Shown one piece after another: positions 36,464-44,245 of a stretch of DNA of 44,245 nt; position 1 is the first letter of the stretch; each line of letters starts with the position of its first letter. The position numbers were made by a program, and so were the translations under genes. The notes beneath the pieces are model-generated. The model did not search any database and had not been told where the DNA came from. It saw only the letters and a program-made list of their open reading frames with translations. Source of the DNA: Desulfobulbus propionicus (GTDB lineage Bacteria > Desulfobacterota > Dissulfuribacteria > Dissulfuribacterales > DYOW01); the NCBI GenBank assembly GCA_020720325.1, contig DYOW01000006.1, forward strand, positions 1 to 44,245, read 5' to 3'.

Positions 36464-37996
36464 TTCCATCAAGTTTTTTATCACATATGGGATTTTTTTT
36501 GCAATTTCACTGGCAGTGATTCCAACACATCCCTTTTTTTGAGCCAGAAAATCAGCGGACAGACCATGTATGTAAACCCCGATTTCAGCAGCATCTTTTG
36601 CCAAATATCCCTGAGCAAGCAATGCCCCCAATATTCCCGAAAGAACATCCCCTGTTCCCCCTGTTGCCATTCCCGGATTACCTGTTGAATTAACAGAAAC
36701 TTCCCCTGACGGACTTGCAATAACAGTGCCTGCGCCTTTAAGTATTATTATGGAATTTGTGTCCTGCGATAATTTGTTTGCGCATCCAATCCTGTCTGCC
36801 TGCGCCTGTGCCTTGCTTAATCCTATTAGTCTTGCCATCTCACCGGGATGGGGGGTTAGAATTTTTGGAAATTTTGTGTTTTTAAGCAAATTCAAATCAG
36901 AAGAAATATTTGTAAGCATATCAGCATCAAGAACCACTGGCTTTTGGATATTTTTTATAAATTTTAAACAAAATTCCCTTGTTTTTTCATCAAGCCCTAT
37001 TCCAGGGCCCATGACAATTGAGTCAAATTTTTCCGCAACCTTCATAATTTCATCCAAATTTCTTAGATTCCAGCCATCTATCTCAAAGGTCATAATTTCA
37101 GGGGGAATCGCAGGATGTTTTAATGTGGAAGGAGTTGATATTAATGTTGTAAGACCAGCGCCTGACCTCAAACATCCCAGTGATGCGAGAATAGCCGCGC
37201 CTGTCTTGCCCTCTGACCCTGCAAAAATTCCAACATGACCGTGGCTGCCCTTATGTGAGTCCAGCTTCCTTGGTTTCAGAATGCTTTTTATATATTCTCT
37301 GTCCAGCAAAGTTATCTTTGGTTGTAAAATTTCAATTTCTTTTTTGGGGATGCATATATCAACGCAACGAATCTTGCCTGTGTATGACAAAGCCTCGCCT
37401 GTTCTTAAGCCTGTTTTTTCAGCGCCAATTGTGACAGTTAAATCAGCGCAAACCGCCTTATTCAAAACCCTTCCGGTTGTTCCGCAAATGCCAGATGGCA
37501 TATCCACGGCAACAACTGTTTTTTTTGCGTTATTTATACGATCTATTATAGCAAGAAAATGTCCTTCAATATCTCTTTTTAAGCCAGTTCCAAAGACGCT
37601 GTCAATTAAAATATTAGAATTTTTTATATTTTCATTTAGTTCTGAGATTTTATCTGGATTGTCAACGGAAAATATATTAATTCCAAGATTTTTTATTATA
37701 TTAAGATTGGTTAAGGCATCACCAGTGTATTTATTTTCATCCACAGTCAGACAAACATGAGCATTGTAAGACTTTTGATGGAGATGTCTTGCGATGACAA
37801 ATCCGTCCCCTCCGTTATTGCCGGGGCCAGCGATAATCAAGACTCCACCATTCAATTCGCTTGAATAAGATTGAATAATTATTTTCGCTATGCTTCTTCC
37901 GGCATTTTCCATCAAGACTATTGAGGGAACGCCGTATTTATTTATTGTCAAGCTGTCAAGCTCTTGCATTTGTTCTGAGGTTACAAGGCTGGTCAT
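36458..37996 (-). CDS. nnr: Bifunctional NAD(P)HX epimerase/dehydratase
   Basis: LMENAG, GNNGGDG, DMPSG (NnrE); HKG, GPGIG, LDAD, TPHPGE, ATGGTGDVL (NnrD). Confidence 0.95.
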   Translation of the reverse strand: MTSLVTSEQMQELDSLTINKYGVPSIVLMENAGRSIAKIIIQSYSSELNGGVLIIAGPGNNGGDGFVIARHLHQKSYNAHVCLTVDENKYTGDALTNLNIIKNLGINIFSVDNPDKISELNENIKNSNILIDSVFGTGLKRDIEGHFLAIIDRINNAKKTVVAVDMPSGICGTTGRVLNKAVCADLTVTIGAEKTGLRTGEALSYTGKIRCVDICIPKKEIEILQPKITLLDREYIKSILKPRKLDSHKGSHGHVGIFAGSEGKTGAAILASLGCLRSGAGLTTLISTPSTLKHPAIPPEIMTFEIDGWNLRNLDEIMKVAEKFDSIVMGPGIGLDEKTREFCLKFIKNIQKPVVLDADMLTNISSDLNLLKNTKFPKILTPHPGEMARLIGLSKAQAQADRIGCANKLSQDTNSIIILKGAGTVIASPSGEVSVNSTGNPGMATGGTGDVLSGILGALLAQGYLAKDAAEIGVYIHGLSADFLAQKKGCVGITASEIAKKIPYVIKNLMEL

Positions 37997-38005
37997 ATTA
38001 TTTCC

Positions 38006-39247
38006 TCATTCCCATTGTTCCTGTTTTTCCTCCCCTTCTTCCTCCTCATAGACCTGCTCCCCAACCTCTTGCGCATTTATTTTTTGTATTTTCCCTGTGA
38101 CCTGAAGTCCGTCCAATAATTCAATAAAGCCCTTTATATAGGTTCTTATAGGCATATTTCTTGGAATTGCATCGTCTATTTCATAAAAAATTCCCATTTT
38201 ATCTTTAATATCTAAATTATATGCCAATAAATAAATATCAATTAATTTATTAAAATAATCCCTCATTTCATTTATATTGACAGGCATTAGATTTAATCCA
38301 TTTTCAAGGGCATTTTGGAAAAAAACATTAATTTTATCCCTTGCTTCAATGCCATATTCCATTTCTGCCAACTCAGGCATTAATATGCTATCATCTTTTC
38401 TCTTTCTGTTCCCCCCAAACCAGTAATAATCCTGCAAAGAAGTGGCTGACGCGCATATTGTGTAAATTGGATATTCCATATCATCAGACCAGTTAAGAAG
38501 CCAGTTTAGGTTCATATATGCCTTTAATCTTGCTTTTTTGGACAATCTTCCAAGAAGCTCCACCTCATCAATAAGCAAAACCCAGCCTTTAAAACCGCAA
38601 AATCTTACGCATTGGGCAAAAACACCAAAAAATGAACTAATATTTTCTTTCTTAAATTTGGGAATGTCCCGAAATAAAAAGTCTTTATTAATTGATTTAG
38701 CAATATCTTTAAGTTTTTTTAATGTGAATTGACCACAAGTCAATATGTCATAAAGCTCATTTCTAAATTCTGTATTATTAATTGACAAAAATAATTCAAG
38801 GATTATTAAAGGAAGCGGATGTTCATATCTTTCAAGGTTAAAAAAATGATTGCTTTTAAATTCATGAATGTTTTTTTGGGTTAATTGCCATTCAATTCCA
38901 GATATATTAGTTTTGGGAATTTTTATGTTAGAAGCTAATTCGCCAAAAAATTCATAAAAATCCTTTGAAGAAAGGCTTCTGTTTAATGTTATCCTGCTTA
39001 CAGCAAATCCTAAATCCAGCGCCTTATGTTCAACTATATTAAGAAAGTGTGATTTTCCCTGCCCATAAGTCCCCCATATCATCCTGCCAGAAGGCGCTGT
39101 GTCATGGACTTCAAATTGTTTCAGGTCATTCTCAATCTGTTTTAATAAATCAGGTCGCAAATCAGGCAAATTTCTTGTGGAGTTAATAGTTGGTATCCCA
39201 GACCTTAGAGATTCAATAATTGCAAGGGCTTTTATCTGTTCCATCAA
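38006..39247 (-). CDS. DUF2791/BrxD-like P-loop ATPase (copy B)
   Basis: IESLRSGIP N-terminus, Walker A GTYGQGKSHFL, GFKGWVLLIDEVE Walker B; acidic C-terminal tail. Confidence 0.8.
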   Translation of the reverse strand: MMEQIKALAIIESLRSGIPTINSTRNLPDLRPDLLKQIENDLKQFEVHDTAPSGRMIWGTYGQGKSHFLNIVEHKALDLGFAVSRITLNRSLSSKDFYEFFGELASNIKIPKTNISGIEWQLTQKNIHEFKSNHFFNLERYEHPLPLIILELFLSINNTEFRNELYDILTCGQFTLKKLKDIAKSINKDFLFRDIPKFKKENISSFFGVFAQCVRFCGFKGWVLLIDEVELLGRLSKKARLKAYMNLNWLLNWSDDMEYPIYTICASATSLQDYYWFGGNRKRKDDSILMPELAEMEYGIEARDKINVFFQNALENGLNLMPVNINEMRDYFNKLIDIYLLAYNLDIKDKMGIFYEIDDAIPRNMPIRTYIKGFIELLDGLQVTGKIQKINAQEVGEQVYEEEEGEEKQEQWE

Positions 39248-40433
39248 ATTGTTCCATTGAAATCATAATTGTTTTTTCCATGATTTTTCTTTTAAGGGGA
39301 TGAATTTCATCATCAAGAAAAATTTCTTTGTTATCAGAAGATGTTTTGTTTTGTTTTAATATAGCCTCTAATTTTTCAGTTATTTCATCAAGAAAATTTT
39401 TTTCCTCCAAAGTCTCAAAGTGTGCGTCCATGTCAATGAGGTCATTAAAAGGATTAAAAAACTCATTGGAAATAATCCCTGATTGTATGCGCATCCATAA
39501 AGCCTCATAGCTCTTAAATCCCCTTTTGTCATCATACAGCATCCTTCTTTCAGATGAAAATATCATAAAAAAATTTTTTAATATTTCAGTTCTGTCAATT
39601 ATTTCCCTTATAAGTTCAAAAAAATCATTAACAGCCTTTGGCGTGTAATAAAAATGACCAAATTCATCTTTTTTACGCAAAATGTGAAGATTATCAAAAA
39701 TAATCAAAAAACCGGGCAAACCAGAAAGATTTATTAATTTTATTAGGGAATATAACCAGTTAATCGCATTGACTTTTTTTAAGGTTTCATAAATATTAAT
39801 CTCTTTTTTTTCAGATGCATATAATTTATCTCCCTTCAACCATTTAATAAATAACTCATTGATATAGTTTCCGGTCAATTTTGAATATACAGTTGAAAAA
39901 ATAAATTGCTTAAAAGACATGGCAATATCAATGTCTCTAAAGGCATTTGATATGGCGGTTCTTATTATGCTCTCTGCGCTGCCAATGGGTAATCCCTCTT
40001 TTTCTTTGATATATTCCAAAAAACAAGGGTATGAAACAAAATCTTCATCTTTATATCCCAGCAAAGCCACAACTTTCTTTGACAAAAGATTTATAATTGT
40101 TGGCACATGAATGTTTTCAGCGAGCATTTTATAGAAAGACATAACATTTGATAGTTTTACCGGATTATCTGAAAGGTCAAAATAAAGTGTTTCATAACCA
40201 AGCTTTTTAGCGTCAATTGATATTGCTCTAAGAGAATGGGTTTTGCCAGCGCCTAAATCTCCATAAATAAACTTTACCTTAGAGCCGCCTGAAAAGATAT
40301 ATTTTTCCAGATATTGCTTTTTTATTATATCAATCCATAATTCCCTGCCGCAGGTCATTTTTTCAATTATTTCATCGCTTACAGGCGGCTCTCCCATTTG
40401 AAGTCTTTGTATGTCAATACGTTGAATATTCAT
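39213..40433 (-). CDS. DUF2791/BrxD-like P-loop ATPase (copy A)
   Basis: IQRLQMGEPP, GGSKVKFIYGDLGAGKTH Walker A, KWLKG, GFLIIFDNL Walker B variant, LIREIID, GFKSYEALWMRI. Confidence 0.82.
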   Translation of the reverse strand: MNIQRIDIQRLQMGEPPVSDEIIEKMTCGRELWIDIIKKQYLEKYIFSGGSKVKFIYGDLGAGKTHSLRAISIDAKKLGYETLYFDLSDNPVKLSNVMSFYKMLAENIHVPTIINLLSKKVVALLGYKDEDFVSYPCFLEYIKEKEGLPIGSAESIIRTAISNAFRDIDIAMSFKQFIFSTVYSKLTGNYINELFIKWLKGDKLYASEKKEINIYETLKKVNAINWLYSLIKLINLSGLPGFLIIFDNLHILRKKDEFGHFYYTPKAVNDFFELIREIIDRTEILKNFFMIFSSERRMLYDDKRGFKSYEALWMRIQSGIISNEFFNPFNDLIDMDAHFETLEEKNFLDEITEKLEAILKQNKTSSDNKEIFLDDEIHPLKRKIMEKTIMISMEQFDGTDKSPCNY

Positions 40434-40457
40434 TTTTAGTCTTTTTTATCCCTGACT

Positions 40458-41201
40458 TTATTTCTGATGAATTGTTAAACTTGTAAAATAAAAGCTTTCA
40501 CCTTTTTCATTGGCAATAACAAGGGCATTTTTGGGTGTTCCCTGTGTCAATTCAAATATTTTATCGTCAAAAATCATATCTGTTTCCTTTAATTTTGATA
40601 TGTCAAAACTAAAGTTATTTATGGAATATTCTTTTTTTACAGATAATTTTAAGGTAAGCATATCATATATCTTTAACAGCGACACAGGGCTTCCCCACTT
40701 AATGTCAGGGTTTTTATACTGATTTATGTTTAATATTTCATAAGAATTTAATAGCTCCCTGCAAAATTCATTTTTATTAAATGGCTTATCCATTAATTTT
40801 TTATATTCCTTGTGAATTTCAGAAACAGCGGTTTTAGGATCTAAGGTAAAAAATCTTTTCTTTTTTTTGGCATATATCATCTCGATTAGATTTTCTTTAA
40901 TATTAAAATTTATCCTAAAAGGTCCAAGCTGATATTTTGGAAATTCTCCTGACACAATAAGATTATTGTCATTAAATTCAGTTTCAATCATTTTTATATA
41001 ATCATCAGAATTAATGGATAAATTTATTTCAGCAATGGAATTTTTCAGGGTTTTTATAAAATTTTCAGAATTTGACCATAAATCTTGAATGAGAGATGTT
41101 GTATTATCAATTTTTTTATCTATATCTCTTAAGTTCCAGTTTTTTAGGTTGTGTTCCATAATACTTAATTGTTTGCTTATTTGTGATATTTCTTTTTTCA
41201 T
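40458..41201 (-). CDS. Hypothetical protein, first gene of the ATPase operon
   Basis: 247-aa ORF 24 bp upstream of ATPase A on the same strand; helical/coiled-coil-like N-terminus; no motif recognised. Confidence 0.75.
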   Translation of the reverse strand: MKKEISQISKQLSIMEHNLKNWNLRDIDKKIDNTTSLIQDLWSNSENFIKTLKNSIAEINLSINSDDYIKMIETEFNDNNLIVSGEFPKYQLGPFRINFNIKENLIEMIYAKKKKRFFTLDPKTAVSEIHKEYKKLMDKPFNKNEFCRELLNSYEILNINQYKNPDIKWGSPVSLLKIYDMLTLKLSVKKEYSINNFSFDISKLKETDMIFDDKIFELTQGTPKNALVIANEKGESFYFTSLTIHQK

Positions 41202-41353
41202 GATGATAAATTCCTTTGATAAGCGAAATATTTTAGATTATAATACTATTATATTATCAAAAAAACTGCAACATATTTGATTTTATTATGAAAAAATTAT
41301 AGATTACTATAGTAAAACACGCTTTCATTTAATATAAAAGTTTTTTTAATTTT

Positions 41354-42595
41354 ATGAATACCCTTGAAAAACTGAAAATCCTTTCAGGAGCTGCAAAATA
41401 TGACGCTTCATGCGCATCAAGCGGGAGCAACAGAAGAAATAACCCCAAAGGCATTGGCAACACTGCGGTTAACGGAATCTGCCATAGCTGGTCAGAGGAC
41501 GGAAGGTGCATATCTCTTTTAAAGCTCCTTTTTACAAATTTTTGCATCTATGACTGCGCCTACTGCGCCAACAGAAGAAGCAATGACATACCAAGAGCAG
41601 CATTCACTGTGGATGAAGTGGTGGATTTAACAATAGATTTTTTTAAGAGAAACTATATTGAAGGTCTTTTTTTAAGCTCCGCTGTGTTTGGCTCTCCTGA
41701 CATAACCCTTGAAAAACTTGTGCAAATAACAAAAAAACTCCGCACTGAAAGGGGTTTTAATGGTTATATCCATCTTAAAGTTATGCCAGGCGCATCTGAT
41801 ATGCTTTTTAATGAGGCAGGAAGATATGCGGACAGGTTAAGCGTAAATATTGAGCTTCCCTCAGAAAAATCCCTCATCTACATTGCCCCTGACAAGAAAA
41901 AAGAAAATATACTGCTTCCAATGGAAAAAATAAGCAAAAAAATATATGAAACAAATGAAGAGCGAAAAAAAACAAAGAAAATCCCTGTATATTCCCCTGG
42001 AGGACAGAGCACGCAGCTCATAGTTGGCGCAAGCCCTGAAGATGATAAACAGATTATGAGGCTTACAAATTCATTATATAATAAATTTCACTTAAAAAGG
42101 GTCTATTATTCAGCCCATGTAAGCGTTAATGACGACTCAAGACTTATTTTTTCCGAAAAACCAGACATGATGAGGGAACACAGGCTATATCAGGCTGACT
42201 GGCTTTTGAGGGTTTACGGTTTTAAGCTTGATGATCTGGTTTTTTCACCCGATGGAACGCTTTCAAGGGATTATGACCCCAAGATGGAATGGGCTTTCCT
42301 GAATATTCACCTTTTTCCAATGGAGATTAATAAAGTTGAATTTGAACAGCTTATCAGGATTCCGGGAATAGGATTTAGAACGGCAACCAAGATAATAAAC
42401 ACAAGAAGATTTAAAAGCCTTGATTTTGAAGACCTTAAAAAAACAGGGGCTGTGCTTAAAAGGGCAAGATATTTCATAACATGCAATGGAAAAAGATTTG
42501 ACCAGATTAAAATAGACCCGCAAAGCATTAAAACCAATCTTTTGATGTATGATAAAAAACCAAAAAGCCAGCAGCTTTCCCTTTTTGCGATGTAA
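41354..42595 (+). CDS. Putative DNA modification/repair radical SAM protein (TIGR03916-like)
   Basis: AKYDASCASSG, GICHS, CIYDCAYC radical SAM triad, QSTQ, REHRLYQADWL, C-terminal HhH RIPGIG. Confidence 0.93.
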   Translation: MNTLEKLKILSGAAKYDASCASSGSNRRNNPKGIGNTAVNGICHSWSEDGRCISLLKLLFTNFCIYDCAYCANRRSNDIPRAAFTVDEVVDLTIDFFKRNYIEGLFLSSAVFGSPDITLEKLVQITKKLRTERGFNGYIHLKVMPGASDMLFNEAGRYADRLSVNIELPSEKSLIYIAPDKKKENILLPMEKISKKIYETNEERKKTKKIPVYSPGGQSTQLIVGASPEDDKQIMRLTNSLYNKFHLKRVYYSAHVSVNDDSRLIFSEKPDMMREHRLYQADWLLRVYGFKLDDLVFSPDGTLSRDYDPKMEWAFLNIHLFPMEINKVEFEQLIRIPGIGFRTATKIINTRRFKSLDFEDLKKTGAVLKRARYFITCNGKRFDQIKIDPQSIKTNLLMYDKKPKSQQLSLFAM

Positions 42596-42609
42596 CTAGT
42601 TGCTTTTTG

Positions 42610-43359
42610 ATGAATACTTTTCTTTATGACGGCAGCTTTTTTGGGCTTTTAACAGCATTAAGCCATATAACAGAACAAAATATCGGGGCTTCTGATATTA
42701 AAACCCAGGCAAATTATAAAGGTGATTTATTTTCTGAGCCAATCATTATTGAGACAGACACCCGGAAAGCCGAGGCATTTATATCAAAACTATCTAAAAT
42801 TTCCCCTGATTTTAACAGGACAATTTTATTTTCATATCATTCGGAAATTAAAGATATTGAGATAAAACTCCTTAATTTTATCAGATTTGCCTTAAATAAA
42901 AGGAAATTTCCAACTGATTATACAAATCCTGATATTAATTTTATCCTGCAAACAACAAGAAAGGTGGGGCTTGAAATCCACAGATTTAAGGGCTTATTAA
43001 GATTCAGGGAAATGGAGGACAATACGCTTTTTGCCCCAATTGCCCCGGACCATAATATAATTTTCTTCCTTGCAAAACATTTTAGTAGTCGCATTGCAAA
43101 TGAGAAATGGATTATTTTTGACACAAAGCGGCATATTGTATTAGAATGGGATACAGAGCAAATTTCCATTTATATTGATAAGGAAAGGCGCTTTATTCCC
43201 AAAAACTATGCTGAAAATGAACAGGAGATTCAAACTCTCTGGCAGGCATATTTTAAGGAAATAGCCATTCAGAACAGGAAAAATCCAAGGCTTCAAAAGC
43301 AGTTTATGCCCCAAAGATACTGGAAATATCTGACTGAGTTGCATTTTGCTATGTTTTGA
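42610..43359 (+). CDS. DUF4130 / TIGR03915-like putative DNA repair protein
   Basis: YDGSFFGLLT, EIHRFKGLLRF, PDHNI, HF..R, W..YF..I, RKNPRLQKQFMPQRYWKYLTE. Confidence 0.92.
   Translation: MNTFLYDGSFFGLLTALSHITEQNIGASDIKTQANYKGDLFSEPIIIETDTRKAEAFISKLSKISPDFNRTILFSYHSEIKDIEIKLLNFIRFALNKRKFPTDYTNPDINFILQTTRKVGLEIHRFKGLLRFREMEDNTLFAPIAPDHNIIFFLAKHFSSRIANEKWIIFDTKRHIVLEWDTEQISIYIDKERRFIPKNYAENEQEIQTLWQAYFKEIAIQNRKNPRLQKQFMPQRYWKYLTELHFAMF
43220..43329 (+). repeat. 110-bp direct repeat, copy 1 (in 3' end of the DUF4130 gene)
   Basis: AACAGGAGATTCAAACTCTC...GATACTGGAAATAT, identical to 43944-44053. Confidence 0.95.
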
Positions 43360-43367
43360 TATATAAT
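43339..43367 (+). promoter_or_regulatory. Sigma70-like promoter of the ParD-like/ParE-like operon
   Basis: TTGCAT (43339-43344), 17 bp, TATAAT (43362-43367), overlapping the DUF4130 stop codon. Confidence 0.55.
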
Positions 43368-43400
43368 AAAACAAATTATCCATTTTATGGAGGTTGCAGG

Positions 43401-43619
43401 ATGCCTACAGCAGTTCGTATTTCTGAAGATTTGGTTAATGAGGCAAGAAAAATCAGCAAAATTGACCACCGTTCCCTAACAGGTCAAATTGAACATTGGG
43501 CAAGAATCGGCAAATGCGCAGAAGAAAATCCTGATTTGACATACGATTTAATAAAAGAAATACTCATTGGAATCGAAGAGTTAAACCAGGGTGAAAAATC
43601 AGAATACCAATTGGGCTGA
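43401..43619 (+). CDS. ParD-like family antitoxin
   Basis: MPTAVRISEDL...RSLTGQIEHWARIGKCAEENPDL motif; GGAGG RBS before ATG 43401 (ORF track starts at 43356). Confidence 0.88.
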   Translation: MPTAVRISEDLVNEARKISKIDHRSLTGQIEHWARIGKCAEENPDLTYDLIKEILIGIEELNQGEKSEYQLG

Positions 43620-43625
43620 TTGTGT

Positions 43626-43907
43626 ATGAAAATATATCAATCGCGTTCATTTGAACTAAAAGTCAAGAAATTCAATAAAATAGAAAAAGATAATCTGGAC
43701 AGCGAGATTAAAAAGATTGTAGAAAACCCCTCCATTGGCATTGAAAAAAAAGGAGACCTGAGGGGTATTTTTGTCTATAAATTCAAAATCAAAACCATGC
43801 TATATCTTCTTTCATATCGCCTTGTGACCGATGGGTTGGAATTAATAATGGTTGGAGCGCATGAAAATTATTATCGTGACCTCAAGTCCTATCTTAAAAA
43901 TAAATAA
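43626..43907 (+). CDS. RelE/ParE-like toxin
   Basis: NPSIGIEKKGDLRGIFVYKFK...YLLSY...GAHENYYRDLK motif; directly downstream of the antitoxin. Confidence 0.88.
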   Translation: MKIYQSRSFELKVKKFNKIEKDNLDSEIKKIVENPSIGIEKKGDLRGIFVYKFKIKTMLYLLSYRLVTDGLELIMVGAHENYYRDLKSYLKNK

Positions 43908-43943
43908 AAAAATGCCTTATAATCCCTTTAGCGCAAATCCAAA

Positions 43944-44053
43944 AACAGGAGATTCAAACTCTCTGGCAGGCATATTTTAAGGAAATAGCCATTCAGAACA
44001 GGAAAAATCCAAGGCTTCAAAAGCAGTTTATGCCCCAAAGATACTGGAAATAT
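43944..44053 (+). repeat. 110-bp direct repeat, copy 2 (orphan duplicate of the DUF4130 3' end)
   Basis: Identical to 43220-43329; continues in frame as LTELGEG... Confidence 0.95.
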
Positions 44054-44245
44054 TTGACGGAGCTGGGGGAGGGGTTATTGTTTTATTTTTGCTTAACAAT
44101 AGAATTATTTTGAGCATTTTTTTTGATTTGAAAAAAATTGTCTTGAATTTGTTAATAAATTACAATAAACTTATATAATTAAATTAATTGCGCAAGTTAG
44201 ATAAAGTTTTTTTTATAAAATAAAGGGAAAATATACACAATTGTT

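Noticed and set aside
38006-41201. Calling this locus BREX or Shango
   Set aside because: Required partners (pglZ/pglX, or TerB-domain protein and helicase) are absent from the window.
1515-43383. Numerous 60-176 aa ORFs opposite or out of frame to recognised genes (e.g. 6846-7376, 27374-27718, 36726-37238, 37281-37760)
   Set aside because: They overlap well-supported genes, lack motifs and show the Ser/Ile/Phe-rich composition typical of antisense frames.
43908-43943. Possible attC after the ParE-like toxin
   Set aside because: GCCTTATAA is not RYYYAAC, and no paired arms or GTT core were found.
44150-44158. TGTTAATAA DnaA-box-like 9-mer near the window end
   Set aside because: Isolated copy in very AT-rich DNA without the accompanying origin layout; likely chance.
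1-44245. CRISPR arrays, tRNA/rRNA genes, prophage, integrase or transposase genes
   Set aside because: No regularly spaced repeats, cloverleaf-like or rRNA sequence, or recombinase/phage motifs were seen by eye.

Overview
AT-rich bacterial chromosomal segment. Gene content (CarD, dapL, Cache/PAS hybrid kinases, HDOD, ExeA) suggests a Desulfobacterota/deltaproteobacterium-like anaerobe (inference). Most of it is housekeeping: HAD phosphatase (partial), dnaN, gyrB, panCD, PilB/PilC/ExeA, thiC, thiDN, class I fumarase, carD, rluD, priA, galU, dapA-dapB-FAH-dapL, folK, deaminase, iron-sulfur flavoprotein, recN and nnr. Three regions stand out. (1) A candidate oriC lies directly upstream of dnaN, with no dnaA beside it. 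(2) At ~9.2-10.9 kb there is a 138-bp MITE-like element, a ParE pseudogene, and an integron-type cassette (RHH antitoxin + MazF, with an attC site) lacking an integrase, next to a remnant of a hybrid kinase gene. (3) At ~38-44 kb an accessory block holds a three-gene operon (hypothetical + two DUF2791/BrxD-like ATPases with complementary motif degeneracy, no BREX or Shango partners), divergent from a radical SAM/DUF4130 pair, followed by a ParD-like/ParE-like TA module flanked by a perfect 110-bp direct repeat. The tandem-ATPase operon is the best candidate for an undescribed system. All family calls are from motif recognition by eye; no searches were run.
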